DNA of 64,000 nt from an uncultured Methanospirillum sp. (GTDB lineage Archaea; Halobacteriota; Methanomicrobia; Methanomicrobiales; Methanospirillaceae): positions 1-64,000 of the forward strand of contig CAZWTX010000008.1 in the NCBI GenBank assembly GCA_964637135.1, given 5' to 3'. Both the position numbers and the translations under genes were made by a program. Each line of letters starts with the position of its first letter. The first letter of the stretch is position 1. This document shows, in pieces, positions 38,931 through 49,469 of the stretch. Below the pieces are notes generated by a model. The model saw only the letters and a list, made by a program, of their open reading frames with translations, had not been told where the DNA came from and made no database searches.

Positions 38931-39866
38931 ATGGCAAGTTCACTCCAGCCGGTTGACCGGATCGAAATAATGGTCCTCGTGGATAATTTCACCGATATGC
39001 TCCTTTCCCGGAGTACTGAAGAGGTTATCCGGCCGGCTGTCGGATTCAATGGGCCACTCCTTGCTGAACACGGGCTTTCATTCCTCGTGAACACCAGCAC
39101 CAGGGAGAAGTCACATACGTTTCTGCTCGATACCGGGCTGTCAGAAACGACCCTGGTTCATAATGCAGCCCTGCTCCAGACTGATCTCTCCGCCATAGAG
39201 GAGATCGTGATCAGTCACGGACACTTTGATCACACCGGCGCACTCATCGCGATCCTTCGCATGATGATGACCCGGATCCCGATTCATCTCCATCCTGAGG
39301 CGTTTGTGAGCCGGCGGATCCGACAACCGGATGGTTCGTATGGAGCATTACCGGGACTTCAGAAGGACAGTATTACCCATGCCGGCGGGATCCTGAACCT
39401 CTCAACCAGCCCGTCCCTCATCTACAATCGTTCAGCTCTCCTTTCCGGAGAGATTGAGCGGGATACCCCCTTTGAGACCGGATCACCTCTCCTGGAGATG
39501 AAAAAAGGCGACCATTTCATCCATGATACCTTTCCTGACGATCAGTCTGTAATATTCCATCTCAAAGGAAAAGGACTCGTGATACTATCCGGATGTGCTC
39601 ATGCCGGCATCATTAACTCTGTTCGTCATGCCCGTCAGATAACCGGAATTGACACCATTCATGCCGTTATCGGTGGATTTCACCTGTCAGGTGCTCCTGA
39701 TGATGTTGTTGACCGGACGGTTGCTGCTATGCAGGAATGCGACCCGCACATGATAGTACCGCTTCATTGTTCAGGGATGAATGCCATATTCAGGTTTCTC
39801 GAAGCGATGCCCGGTCAGGTTGTTATCAATACCGTTGGAACCCGGTACCGGTTTGTCGGCTGCTGA
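38931..39866 (+). CDS. MBL-fold metallo-hydrolase (COG1237)
   Basis: AEHGLS, LDTG, SHGHFDH, DDQ, GCAHAG, GGFHL, HCSG. Confidence 0.9.
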   Translation: MASSLQPVDRIEIMVLVDNFTDMLLSRSTEEVIRPAVGFNGPLLAEHGLSFLVNTSTREKSHTFLLDTGLSETTLVHNAALLQTDLSAIEEIVISHGHFDHTGALIAILRMMMTRIPIHLHPEAFVSRRIRQPDGSYGALPGLQKDSITHAGGILNLSTSPSLIYNRSALLSGEIERDTPFETGSPLLEMKKGDHFIHDTFPDDQSVIFHLKGKGLVILSGCAHAGIINSVRHARQITGIDTIHAVIGGFHLSGAPDDVVDRTVAAMQECDPHMIVPLHCSGMNAIFRFLEAMPGQVVINTVGTRYRFVGC

Positions 39867-39936
39867 ATACGCACGACTATCTGCATCCATCAATTGATGT
39901 AGTATTCATCCAAAATAGTTCATACCAGAGCACATT

Positions 39937-41148
39937 ATGCAGCATAACTGGAATGATACCCGGTTCATCTGGTATCTCTCTCTCATCGGTTTTTTTGCCA
40001 TCTTTTCGACCACTATCTCGAAAAATCCTGTTCTGCCCCTCTTTACCCTGGATCTTGGCGGTGATGATCTTCTTATCGGACTCATCTCAGCGGTCTCTCC
40101 GCTTGCGGGGGTCCTTTTCAGTTTTCCAGTGGGGGTGCTCTCCGACCAGATCGGAAGACGACGGCTTCTTCTCCTTTCCGGTCTTGTCTTCTCCACGGCC
40201 CCGCTGTTATACCTGGTTATCTCAGATCCGCTCTGGCTGATCCCGATCAGGTTTTTCCACGGGCTGGCAACGGCCATTCTCGGCCCGGTTATCACTGCAG
40301 TTATTGCCGGGCGGTATTCACATACGAAGGGAGAACGGCTTGGGCAGTATTCTTCAGCGACGCTGGCAGGCCGGACACTTGCCCCGTTCGTCGGCGGTCT
40401 CGTCCTCTCCCTCCTCTTCGCTCTTCCATCTCAGTCAGGATTCCGGGTGGTGTATGGTATCGCAGGACTGACCGGTCTGTTGGTTTTTGTTCTTCTCTTC
40501 CGGTTCAAAGACGACGATTCCGTTCAGTTGTCACCGGTCAGGACCATGCGGTTCATTGAGAGTTTCGTCGGTTTTTTTTCAGATCGCCGCCTGCTGGGCG
40601 CTGCTCTGATTGATATGGGAACATACTTTGCATTTGGAGCTTTTGAGACCTTTCTGCCGGTATACCTCCTCCTGGCCAGGATCGATCCCTGGATGATCGG
40701 TTCTATCTTCTCGGTCCAGGTGCTTGTCATTGCCCTTACAAAGCCCCTATTTGGAAAAATCGCGGATCATGCTGATCAGCGCCCGTTGATCATCATGGGT
40801 ATGCTATTCATTGCGGTGTCCATGCTTGGGATTCCCCTGTTCCACGAAGTCACCCTTCTCTTTGGTATCAGTATTATCTTTGGTCTCGGGATGTCGCTCT
40901 CAACTGTCTCAACCAGCACATATGTCGGGTACCTTGCAAAGGAAGGTGAGATGGGCGCATCCATGGGTGCCCTCTCATCGGTAATGGATATCGGCCATTC
41001 CACCGGCCCCCTGATGACCGGGATGCTGATAACCCTGTTTGGGTTCCTTGCCGGATTTGGATTCTCTTTCCTCCTGGTTCTGATCCTGACCCTCCTGTTT
41101 ACCGTTTTATCAAACAACAAGCCCTATTTTTGGTTAATCCGGGTGTGA
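39937..41148 (+). CDS. MFS transporter
   Basis: Motif A 'GVLSDQIGRRR', about 12 TM helices. Confidence 0.93.
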   Translation: MQHNWNDTRFIWYLSLIGFFAIFSTTISKNPVLPLFTLDLGGDDLLIGLISAVSPLAGVLFSFPVGVLSDQIGRRRLLLLSGLVFSTAPLLYLVISDPLWLIPIRFFHGLATAILGPVITAVIAGRYSHTKGERLGQYSSATLAGRTLAPFVGGLVLSLLFALPSQSGFRVVYGIAGLTGLLVFVLLFRFKDDDSVQLSPVRTMRFIESFVGFFSDRRLLGAALIDMGTYFAFGAFETFLPVYLLLARIDPWMIGSIFSVQVLVIALTKPLFGKIADHADQRPLIIMGMLFIAVSMLGIPLFHEVTLLFGISIIFGLGMSLSTVSTSTYVGYLAKEGEMGASMGALSSVMDIGHSTGPLMTGMLITLFGFLAGFGFSFLLVLILTLLFTVLSNNKPYFWLIRV

Positions 41149-41214
41149 TGAGCCAGCATCCTCCCATTTCTCCATGCATCCATGTGAATGATACCTCCAA
41201 TACTAGGCCCGGTT

Positions 41215-41243
41215 TCAAATAGTTTGATCATCAAATTATTTGA
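41215..41243. promoter_or_regulatory. Operator palindrome upstream of the marR-P1B ATPase operon
   Basis: TCAAATAGTTTGAT-C-ATCAAATTATTTGA: 14-bp arms with 1 mismatch; each arm contains TCAAA-N3-TTTGA. Confidence 0.75.
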
Positions 41244-41269
41244 TAGTAAAGGAATTAGGATCTAAGCCT

Positions 41270-41698
41270 ATGGACAAACAGGATACCCTTATCGAAGCCC
41301 TCAATGACGGGTTAATTGAATTTTTTGATCGGTTTACCTCGTGGGAATCATCCGTTATCCAATCCGGGCACCTGAAGATCTCCGATGCTCATGCCATCGA
41401 GATCCTTGGCCATTATGGGCGGATGAACATGAAGGAACTCGCTGAACGGCTTGGTGTCACCACCGGAACGACTACCGTCACGGTGGATCGTCTTGAGCAT
41501 GCCGGATATGCATGCCGGACCAGGGCGGAATTTGATCGCCGGTCATATATTATTGAACTCACCCCGGCGGGAAACGAGGCGTACCATGAACATCACCGTC
41601 ACCACCTGAACCTTGCCCGCGATCTCGTCTCCGTTCTCGGAGAGGAAGATGCCGGCTCATTAATCCGGATCCTCCGGAAGGCAACAGAGCATTTATAG
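41270..41698 (+). CDS. MarR family regulator with His cluster (AdcR/ZitR-like)
   Basis: '[26 protein letters not shown]....DRR....LT'; HEHHRHH in the C-terminal helix. Confidence 0.9.
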   Translation: MDKQDTLIEALNDGLIEFFDRFTSWESSVIQSGHLKISDAHAIEILGHYGRMNMKELAERLGVTTGTTTVTVDRLEHAGYACRTRAEFDRRSYIIELTPAGNEAYHEHHRHHLNLARDLVSVLGEEDAGSLIRILRKATEHL

Positions 41699-41706
41699 GT
41701 CAAACC

Positions 41707-43689
41707 ATGAATTCAGGAGAAGAATGTGGCAGTTGCTCCCCCGGTTCAGGATGTGATCATGGGTATGACTGTACCCATGATCTTGACGCCGGTTCCTTCC
41801 AGATAAACCTGGTTAAGAGTCTTTTCGCCGGAATACTGGTGGTTACTGCTGTTACCATTGAATATCTGTATCCGACGGTACCCCTGATCCCGATTATTCT
41901 CTCCCTCATCGTCCTGGCCCTGACGGCATATCCTATCTTCCTCGAAACATATCAGGGCCTTCGGAACGGAGAACGCAACGTCAGCGAACTGGTCAGTATA
42001 GCCATCATCGGTGCTGTTGTGCTTGGAGAATTTACCGTTGCAGCCGAGGTGTCTGTCATCCTCACCATTGGAGAGCTTGCCGAATCCTGGGCATATGCAC
42101 GGTCAAAACGGGATATTACTGATATCGTCACCTCTCATCCCCGCTTTACCCACCGGATCCGTGATGGTCTCTTCATTGAAATTCCGGTCAGTGAAATCAT
42201 GGCAGGGGATATGATCCTGGTCAGGCCGGGAGATATCGTGCCGGTCGACGGGAAGGTCATGGAGGGACAATCCCACATAGACGAGTCGTGCCTGACCGGG
42301 GAGAGTATGCCGGTTCTGAAAAGAGAGGGAGATCCCGTGTATTCGGGTTCTGTCAACGGGGACGGAACCCTGACGATCAGGGCAGAAAAAACTGCTGAAG
42401 ACTCAGCATATTCTGCGATTATCAGGCTGATCAATCAGGCAGGCCAGCGCCGTCCGCCTGCCCGGCTTTTCATTGACCGGTTTTCACGGGTATACACCCC
42501 GATCATCCTGGTGATTTCCGGCCTCATTCTGGTACTGACGCGGGATCCGATCCGGGCTATCACCGTTCTTATTGTCGCCTGTCCGTGTGCACTCCTGCTG
42601 GCTACCCCGTCGGCGGTACTGGCAGCGATCGGTTCGGCAGCACGGAATGGGATTCTCATCAGGGGAGGAGAGTTCCTTGAACTCTGTCAGAAGGTTTCGG
42701 TGGTTCTTTTTGACAAGACCGGAACTCTGACAAGCGGGAGGATGGAGGTCAGCAGTATACATCCCGTCAGAGGGTTCTCTGAACGCGATCTTCTTGAAGC
42801 GGCAGGAATCGCGGAATGCACGTCATCACACCCCATTGCCGGAGCCATCGCCCGGCGATGTGAGGCTGACGGGATCCCTCTCTCCTGTTCAGGTGAACGA
42901 AGAATGAATCCCGGATTCGGGGTTGAAGCCATGGTGGGGGATTCTGTTGTCCGTGCAGGAAGCCGTGGCTATCTTAACCAGGCAGGTATTGCCATACCAG
43001 ACCGGATACCGGAAAGGAACACCGCAGAAATACCGGTTTTTGTGGCAAAGGATAAGGATATCCTTGGTTCCATCCTGATAGCCGATATTATCAGGCCGGA
43101 ATCAGCCGGAGTCATCAGGGAGATCCGTGAATATGGAATTGAAAGAATCGGAATGATCACCGGTGATACCAGCCAGGCAGCCAGCCTGATTGCCGGACAG
43201 GCCGGGCTGAAAGACAGCCTCGTTCACTCCGGTGTTCTTCCCGGCGAGAAGGAGACCATCATCGCAGCATTCCAGGAAACCGCGGAGACGGTCTGCTTTA
43301 TCGGTGACGGTACCAATGACGGTCCGGCTCTTGCCAGGGCAGATATCGGGGTGAGCATCGGGAGTCGATCAGACACGGTTGCATTACAGACAGCCCATGT
43401 GATCCTGATGTCGGGTGGGTTACACCAGCTTCCGGCATTCTTCCGCCTCGGGAGAAAAACCAGCCAGGTAATCAGTATGAATGTCTTCATGGCACTCGGG
43501 CTCAATCTCCTCATGATCCTTGCAGCCGCCGGGGGGTGGCTCACTCCGGCTGCCGGGGCTATCGGTCACCAGGCTGCAACGATTGTCGTACTCCTGAATT
43601 CTGCCGCGATTTCAGTCTGGTTCTCCCGTAAACGTCCTCTCCCCGCACATTCATGCAGGGATCCCTGCTGTAGTCCAGGCAGATGCTGA
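41707..43689 (+). CDS. Heavy-metal P1B-type ATPase
   Basis: [29 protein letters not shown]; Cys/His-rich termini. Confidence 0.95.
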   Translation: MNSGEECGSCSPGSGCDHGYDCTHDLDAGSFQINLVKSLFAGILVVTAVTIEYLYPTVPLIPIILSLIVLALTAYPIFLETYQGLRNGERNVSELVSIAIIGAVVLGEFTVAAEVSVILTIGELAESWAYARSKRDITDIVTSHPRFTHRIRDGLFIEIPVSEIMAGDMILVRPGDIVPVDGKVMEGQSHIDESCLTGESMPVLKREGDPVYSGSVNGDGTLTIRAEKTAEDSAYSAIIRLINQAGQRRPPARLFIDRFSRVYTPIILVISGLILVLTRDPIRAITVLIVACPCALLLATPSAVLAAIGSAARNGILIRGGEFLELCQKVSVVLFDKTGTLTSGRMEVSSIHPVRGFSERDLLEAAGIAECTSSHPIAGAIARRCEADGIPLSCSGERRMNPGFGVEAMVGDSVVRAGSRGYLNQAGIAIPDRIPERNTAEIPVFVAKDKDILGSILIADIIRPESAGVIREIREYGIERIGMITGDTSQAASLIAGQAGLKDSLVHSGVLPGEKETIIAAFQETAETVCFIGDGTNDGPALARADIGVSIGSRSDTVALQTAHVILMSGGLHQLPAFFRLGRKTSQVISMNVFMALGLNLLMILAAAGGWLTPAAGAIGHQAATIVVLLNSAAISVWFSRKRPLPAHSCRDPCCSPGRC

Positions 43690-43790
43690 TACCATCACAT
43701 CATCTGAAACCAGTTTGGATACCGGGACGGTCTGTGCCAGCCTGTCTCATCCCGATAACCCCCGGTCTCATCCGGATGAACCTCCGTATA

Positions 43791-44366
43791 TTACCTCTTT
43801 TTCAGGACAACAGTCCTGCTCATCCGTAGAACCGGATGTTCACCCTCGACGAAACAGGCCGTGCGGGCGGATTGAAGTTCATCGGAAAACTTCTTCTGAC
43901 TGATATGACCTGTAGGTTCTGCGAAGAAGAGGAAACCGTCTGGTTTCAGGAGCTCATGACATTCCCTGAACAGGTTGTTTATATCATCCACCTCGTGAAC
44001 CATGTGGAATGCAATAATGCCATCTATCTTGCCGGGCATTGAAAGACCAATGGTTTCCGGCCTGGTCTGATGAACCCGGATAACATCAGCAACACCTTCT
44101 TCCATGGCTTTCCGCGTGAGAATCGATAACATCTCATCCTGGATATCGGCGGCAATGACCTGCCCGCCAGGCCGTACCATTCGCGCAATTCTTCGTGAGA
44201 TAAATCCGGGGCCTGAGCCAAGGTCCAGAATCGTCATCCCCTGGCGGATATATGGCCTGAATACCCTTTCCGGATTGAAAATGAGTTTTCTAAACCAGTT
44301 ATCCAGCATCCATGCTCTGCTTGCCGGACAGAGATCATGGGGCATGATCTTCTCTCCTTCCGCCAT
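43791..44366 (-). CDS. Class I SAM-dependent methyltransferase
   Basis: LDLGSGPG, AADIQ, HEV, LLKPDG. Confidence 0.9.
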   Translation of the reverse strand: MAEGEKIMPHDLCPASRAWMLDNWFRKLIFNPERVFRPYIRQGMTILDLGSGPGFISRRIARMVRPGGQVIAADIQDEMLSILTRKAMEEGVADVIRVHQTRPETIGLSMPGKIDGIIAFHMVHEVDDINNLFRECHELLKPDGFLFFAEPTGHISQKKFSDELQSARTACFVEGEHPVLRMSRTVVLKKR

Positions 44367-44678
44367 TCTCACGAGGTTCCAGATTATACATACGCCCGAA
44401 TCATTGACAGATGATACTGGTGATGTATCAATCCTTCCGATATGGTTCTTTGTAATGCATTCCTGACGAAACCGTCATGGCTCCGTTCCGGGATTGTCCG
44501 GAACCTGGCCGGGTACAACTCTTCTCTTCTCTCTGCTCATCCGTCATTCTGTTCTCTCTCAGATGACAGTCAGTATGAGATGGTACCGGGAGGGGTGCCA
44601 TGACAATCCCGGTTTCTGTCGCATACTCACTGGTTCCCATTCCCTATATGAGAACAGAACCAACAGGATGATGTGACT

Positions 44679-45287
44679 ATGATCCCGGTGCCTGGCGAAT
44701 ACTCCCGGGAAGCAGCAGAAATAGCTACACTATGTGGTACGTTTCGTGCACTATCAACGAAGGAATCACTTGGTGTGTCCCTGGCAAAGGAGATTCTCCG
44801 GTATTCCATGTATGATCTGCAGGTGATCGGGGGTGAACTGAACGAAGAGATATTCCGTCTTCCCCGCCCGTATCGTGACCATGTAAAGCAGTTCTTACGT
44901 GACCAGCTCTTTATACCCTATCACCTGTTCCTCTCTGCATACCGTACGGGTGATCCATCGGGTACCTCCACCCCGTTCAGGGATCCAGATATGGTCAGCT
45001 CCTACTGGGAGATGGTCCCGGCCGGATGTTTTACCTGGGATGAAGAGACGGTCCATACCTTCCGGAGATGGAATCCGAGGCACCGGTTGTTTTACTACTT
45101 AATCGCGGCGGTGAGCATGTTCATCCTTGACCAGCCGGGGCATCCGGTCGGTATGCCGTTCCCCGGGGGAAAGAAGGTCGAGATGCGAAATGGGCGGTAT
45201 CTCTGCCCTATCCGTGATAAAGAGAAGGATGTCTTCTTCTCGATATGTAATTTCTGTCCTGCAGAACAGAGTCCAGAAGAGGAATAA
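44679..45287 (+). CDS. UPF0305/DUF2115 family protein
   Basis: 'PGHPVGMPFPGG', 'YLCPIRDKE', 'ICNFCPAEQ'; a methanogen-typical family. Confidence 0.88.
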   Translation: MIPVPGEYSREAAEIATLCGTFRALSTKESLGVSLAKEILRYSMYDLQVIGGELNEEIFRLPRPYRDHVKQFLRDQLFIPYHLFLSAYRTGDPSGTSTPFRDPDMVSSYWEMVPAGCFTWDEETVHTFRRWNPRHRLFYYLIAAVSMFILDQPGHPVGMPFPGGKKVEMRNGRYLCPIRDKEKDVFFSICNFCPAEQSPEEE

Positions 45288-45358
45288 GGCCCCGGTTCAG
45301 GTCGTGGTATGCCGGGATCAGGGCCGGCTGGATTCCCGATCAAAAAAGTGGTCTGGAA

Positions 45359-46564
45359 TCAGCGTCCGAGCTGCTGGTGAGCACGGGCGAGATGCTGCGC
45401 CGCAAGCGCTCCGAGCAATGAGAGTTCTCCGGCAAGCACTCCGGCTGCGACAATCTCTGCAAATTTCTTTGCGTTGCTTCCCGGTGGATCTCCCCCGCCG
45501 GCTGCCGTGAGCATCCTGAGGCATTCTGCCTGGGTGTCAATCCCGGTTCCCCCGCCAACCGTGCCGACCGGAAGGGCCGGAAGCGTCACGGCAACGTATA
45601 CCCCCCCCGGGATGGGATCCACGGTGGTCATTGCAAGAGATCCTTCCACCACGTGTGCCGGATCCTGTCCGCATGCGATGAAGAGGGCAGCTACGATATT
45701 GGCAGCATGTGCATTGAACCCGAGAGAGCCGGCTCGTGCCGATCCGGCAAGGTTTTTCCGGGTATTGACCTCAAGGAGCGAAGCAGCATCAGTCTTGAGG
45801 ATAGTCTTCACCTGTTCGTCGGTCAGCCGAACCCCGGCGGTGACAGTTTTTCCCCTGCCCATGATACTGTTGATTGCAGCCGGTTTCTTGTCAGTACACC
45901 AGTTCCCGGAGAGGGCGATCAGGCGTGCCCCGGTCTTTTCGCAGATGAGATCGGCAGCCTTCGTACTGGCAATGGTCACCATGTTCATACCCATCGCATC
46001 CCCGGTGGTGAACACCATCCGCACGTACACTGATGTTCCTGCCGTCGTCGTGGTGATACCTGTCAGTCTGCCATGCCGGGTTGTCGATTCTGCCACCTCC
46101 CGAATCTCGTTCTCGTGCTCTCTGATCCAATCGATCACCTCCCGTGCATGGATAATACCGGACGTGGCGAAGACCGGGGCACGGGTCATCCCGTCAGCGA
46201 GAATCCGCACCTCCGCCCCTCCTGCTGCGGTGATCAGACTGCACCCCCTGTTCACCGAAGCAACCAGGGCACCTTCGGTTGTTGCAAGCGGCAGCCAGAA
46301 CCTTCCGGTAGCAAACTCCCCATGGATATCCACCGGACCGGCAGCACCGACCGGAACCTGGATCGTCCCGATCATATTTTCGCAGTTCTTTTTTACGACT
46401 GCATCAAGCGAGATAGATGCCTCACCGACTTTCCTGAGGGAGGCCCCGGTCATCTCCTCGATATACCGTCTACGAACGGAGACTGCCTGCTCAGGGGGGA
46501 GTTCCTTCTCCAGAGCATATATTTTAATTGACCCGTCCCTGAGCCGTTGCAGGTATTCATCCAT
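45359..46564 (-). CDS. hmgA: HMG-CoA reductase (NADPH, class I)
   Basis: CENMIG, ATTEGALVAS, TGDAMGMNM, GTVGGGT, GELSL, HLARAH. Confidence 0.97.
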   Translation of the reverse strand: MDEYLQRLRDGSIKIYALEKELPPEQAVSVRRRYIEEMTGASLRKVGEASISLDAVVKKNCENMIGTIQVPVGAAGPVDIHGEFATGRFWLPLATTEGALVASVNRGCSLITAAGGAEVRILADGMTRAPVFATSGIIHAREVIDWIREHENEIREVAESTTRHGRLTGITTTTAGTSVYVRMVFTTGDAMGMNMVTIASTKAADLICEKTGARLIALSGNWCTDKKPAAINSIMGRGKTVTAGVRLTDEQVKTILKTDAASLLEVNTRKNLAGSARAGSLGFNAHAANIVAALFIACGQDPAHVVEGSLAMTTVDPIPGGVYVAVTLPALPVGTVGGGTGIDTQAECLRMLTAAGGGDPPGSNAKKFAEIVAAGVLAGELSLLGALAAQHLARAHQQLGR

Positions 46565-46604
46565 GCATACGTGTTTGTACCGGCAATACAATAACAGCTG
46601 ATGA

Positions 46605-47522
46605 ATGCAGCAGGTGCAGTGGTATATGAGAGTTCTCCGATCAAGGGGAGAATCCGAACGGCAACGCCTTATCGGGGAAAACCTTCTTGATCGCAGCCTG
46701 CGTATCCGGTCTGATGGTGATTATCTTCTCCTCCCGGTCCTGCAGGAGATACCGGGAGCAGAAACCGGATCCTTTGACCTGCTGCCGGAAAAGGAAGAAT
46801 TGCCACGGCATGAACAGGTCGGAGGAATTGCCATCCTGGCTGCTGCAAATCGGGAGGAGGCCGCTGCGCTTCTGAACGCACGTCCAAACCTCCACACCGT
46901 TCTCTATGCCGAGAGTGCAGTTGAGGGTGAATTCAGGGTAAAACGGTTCTCGATCCTCGCCGGGGAAGAGACAACCCGGACGATCTACACCGAGTACGGC
47001 CACCGGTTCGTGATCGATCTCGCTGAAGCCTACTTCTCTGCACGGTTATCGGGCGAACGTCAGCGTATCGCAGCAATGATGATACCCGGGGAGATCGTGA
47101 TCGATATGTTTGCGGGTGTCGGGCCCTATGCCATCATTCTTGCAGAAAAGGCATCCCTGGTGTATGCCTGTGACATAAACCCGGGTGCGGTATCCCTGAT
47201 GGAGGATAACATCCGCCTGAACCATGCAACAAATGTTCTTCCTGTACTGGGTGATGCCTGCATGCTCCCTGCCTTTATCGGGCAGAAGGCTGATCGGATC
47301 ATAATGAATCTTCCCTTATCCAAAGGAGAGTTTCTCGATGCAGCTCTTTCCCTGGTAAAGCCGGGAGGAATGATCCACTGCTATGCACTGGTCAGGGCAG
47401 AAGATGAACTTATCCCGCTCATCCAGAAATACCCTGTCTCGTCGGTACAGACCAGGTTTGTCAGGTCGTATTCCCCGGATGCGTTTCACGTGGTCTATGA
47501 TATCCGGGTTTCAGTACCATGA
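46605..47522 (+). CDS. trm5: tRNA (guanine37-N1) methyltransferase Trm5
   Basis: 'GEFRV', 'YFSARLSGER', DMFAGVGPY, DINP, 'RIIMNLP'. Confidence 0.9.
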   Translation: MQQVQWYMRVLRSRGESERQRLIGENLLDRSLRIRSDGDYLLLPVLQEIPGAETGSFDLLPEKEELPRHEQVGGIAILAAANREEAAALLNARPNLHTVLYAESAVEGEFRVKRFSILAGEETTRTIYTEYGHRFVIDLAEAYFSARLSGERQRIAAMMIPGEIVIDMFAGVGPYAIILAEKASLVYACDINPGAVSLMEDNIRLNHATNVLPVLGDACMLPAFIGQKADRIIMNLPLSKGEFLDAALSLVKPGGMIHCYALVRAEDELIPLIQKYPVSSVQTRFVRSYSPDAFHVVYDIRVSVP

Positions 47523-47906
47523 TGAGGAATTGGTCTTTTTATCATCCGGATACTCCGGAACACAGAACTTGCAGATAATTGAAGCCGATTTAACCCCGGA
47601 AGCAGTCTGGATGTAATACTCTTTATCCGCTGCATTTTCAAGGGCTGAAAGGGCATCTGCTGCTGCAACTCTCTGCATCAGGAGGCTTTTCCGGTTCATT
47701 CCCTCAGACTCGTTCGGAGTAGTGTTGCAGGTACTGTTTTCAAAAGACCCGGGGGTTTTAAGGGTATGACTGCCATCTTCACCGGTCGGATCAGAGAACG
47801 TCAGGATTCCCGGCGGGGTGGTGTTCTCCTCCCCGCAGACGGGGCAGAGGATGGATCCAAGGATAAGGATGAAGAAGGTACACCCGATCACTCTGCCTCC
47901 GTTCAT
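47511..47906 (-). CDS. Secreted hypothetical protein with C-terminal CxxC
   Basis: Signal peptide; GAGGA SD; 'IICKFC'. Confidence 0.6.
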   Translation of the reverse strand: MNGGRVIGCTFFILILGSILCPVCGEENTTPPGILTFSDPTGEDGSHTLKTPGSFENSTCNTTPNESEGMNRKSLLMQRVAAADALSALENAADKEYYIQTASGVKSASIICKFCVPEYPDDKKTNSSSWY

Positions 47907-47947
47907 ATCCTCAGGGTCGGCATTTTTAGACGATGAAGATATCCCTA

Positions 47948-48919
47948 TCAGGTTCTTCGTACCAGGAGGAAACCTCCAACGAGAGCAGCTGCGATCCCTG
48001 CGACAGGGACCTGACTCTGCGTGGGTTTCGGGATTTGACCAGTAGTACCAGTTACGGGGACCAGAGAAGCATGTACCTGTGTATTTCTTCCCTCAGGCGT
48101 TGTTACCATCGCAGAATACCGCTCGTACCCGTCAAGGGATAGGATCAACGGGTGTTTGCCAGGGGAGAGGCTGGTCAGGTCAACGGGAGTGATCCCTTTG
48201 TACTCGTTGTCTATGTACACTGCCGCACCCGCAGGTTCGGAGGAAATACCCAGAACCGGCACATCAGGGGGTTCAATTTTTTTCAATGCGACATTTACCG
48301 TGCTGGTCTGTCCGGGTGAAAGCATGATTGTCGATGAGTAATCCTCATACCCGGCATGGGAGATAATTATCTCATGTGATCCGGTATTCAGATCGGGAAC
48401 GGTAAGATACCCGGATGGGGGTGTTTCTCCGGCAAAGACACCGTTCAGAAAGACAAGGGCCCCGGCAGGAAGGGAACTGACCGTAATGGTTCCATATTGT
48501 CCGGTATCCGTGTTCAGAGTGACCGAGATGGTGGTATGATCCCCTGGTTCAACCCAGACCGTGGATTCATACGGGAAATACCCGGGAAGGGCAAGAATGA
48601 GCTTGTGTTCACCCCGGGTAAGGGATCCGACGACGAGAGGTGTCTTTCCCTGGTAATCCCGGTCAAGGTAGATACTCGCATCCGGAGGGGTTGTTTTAAT
48701 CGTCAGTGCCCCGCGCCGGTCATACCGCAGATCCTGGGATATCCTTGCGTGATACGAATATGGCGGGGGATAATATTGTACTCCTGTTGTCCAGTCCCCG
48801 TAGCAGTCTCCGGGTCCGGGTGACCGGGGATACCATGGATTCACGGGGTATCCTGTCGCAGGGAGGGTGAATACGAGGAGAATGCCGGTTATCAGGATCG
48901 CAGCCTTGAACCTGTACAT
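47948..48919 (-). CDS. PEGA-domain surface protein with archaeosortase-type C-terminal tail
   Basis: Three PEGA repeats; 'PKPTQSQVP' plus TM plus RR C-terminus. Confidence 0.88.
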   Translation of the reverse strand: MYRFKAAILITGILLVFTLPATGYPVNPWYPRSPGPGDCYGDWTTGVQYYPPPYSYHARISQDLRYDRRGALTIKTTPPDASIYLDRDYQGKTPLVVGSLTRGEHKLILALPGYFPYESTVWVEPGDHTTISVTLNTDTGQYGTITVSSLPAGALVFLNGVFAGETPPSGYLTVPDLNTGSHEIIISHAGYEDYSSTIMLSPGQTSTVNVALKKIEPPDVPVLGISSEPAGAAVYIDNEYKGITPVDLTSLSPGKHPLILSLDGYERYSAMVTTPEGRNTQVHASLVPVTGTTGQIPKPTQSQVPVAGIAAALVGGFLLVRRT

Positions 48920-49120
48920 GCAGGGTAGATTGGAGAGGAAGGGAATAATGATTATGAGCCGGACTGAAGTGATAAATCCTGATGCCGGGTTATCGTCCCA
49001 GACAGGTATTATGGTAAATACTACTTCCGGCGGCTGGATTTCCCCGATAATCCCGAAGTTGCTGGAGACAGTGCAAATTCACGGCGTGAATGATAAATAA
49101 CCAGGTGCCCCATATCTGGT

Positions 49121-49447
49121 ATGCAGAAACTGCCATGCGAGGTAGCTGTCTGGGATACCCTGCCCGCAATACGGGCTGCCATTGCATCAGAGATGGTGGC
49201 TGCAGGCCTTCCGCAGAACCGGGTCGCCGCAATCCTCGGCCTTGCTCCCTCTGCCGTCTCCCAGTACCTCTCGGGGAAACGGGGCTACCGGATTGTATTC
49301 TCTGATGAGGTACGGGAGATGATTGCCAGGACAGCCAGGGACATCTCATCAGGTGAGATCCATGATCTCGGACCCAGGATCTGCGAAATATGCGTCCTGA
49401 TGCGGGAATCAAATACTCCCTGCCATCTCTGCGGTGAGGAATCCTGA
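49121..49447 (+). CDS. Predicted archaeal HTH regulator (COG2522-like)
   Basis: 'PCE....LPAIRAAIA', 'AILGLAPSAVSQYLSGKRG', CxxC motifs. Confidence 0.85.
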   Translation: MQKLPCEVAVWDTLPAIRAAIASEMVAAGLPQNRVAAILGLAPSAVSQYLSGKRGYRIVFSDEVREMIARTARDISSGEIHDLGPRICEICVLMRESNTPCHLCGEES

Positions 49448-49469
49448 TGTTCCCTGATTCATGATCCGG

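Noticed and set aside
45474..46601. 375-aa plus-strand ORF
   Set aside because: Antisense shadow of hmgA with no recognisable motifs; explained by codon bias of the real gene.
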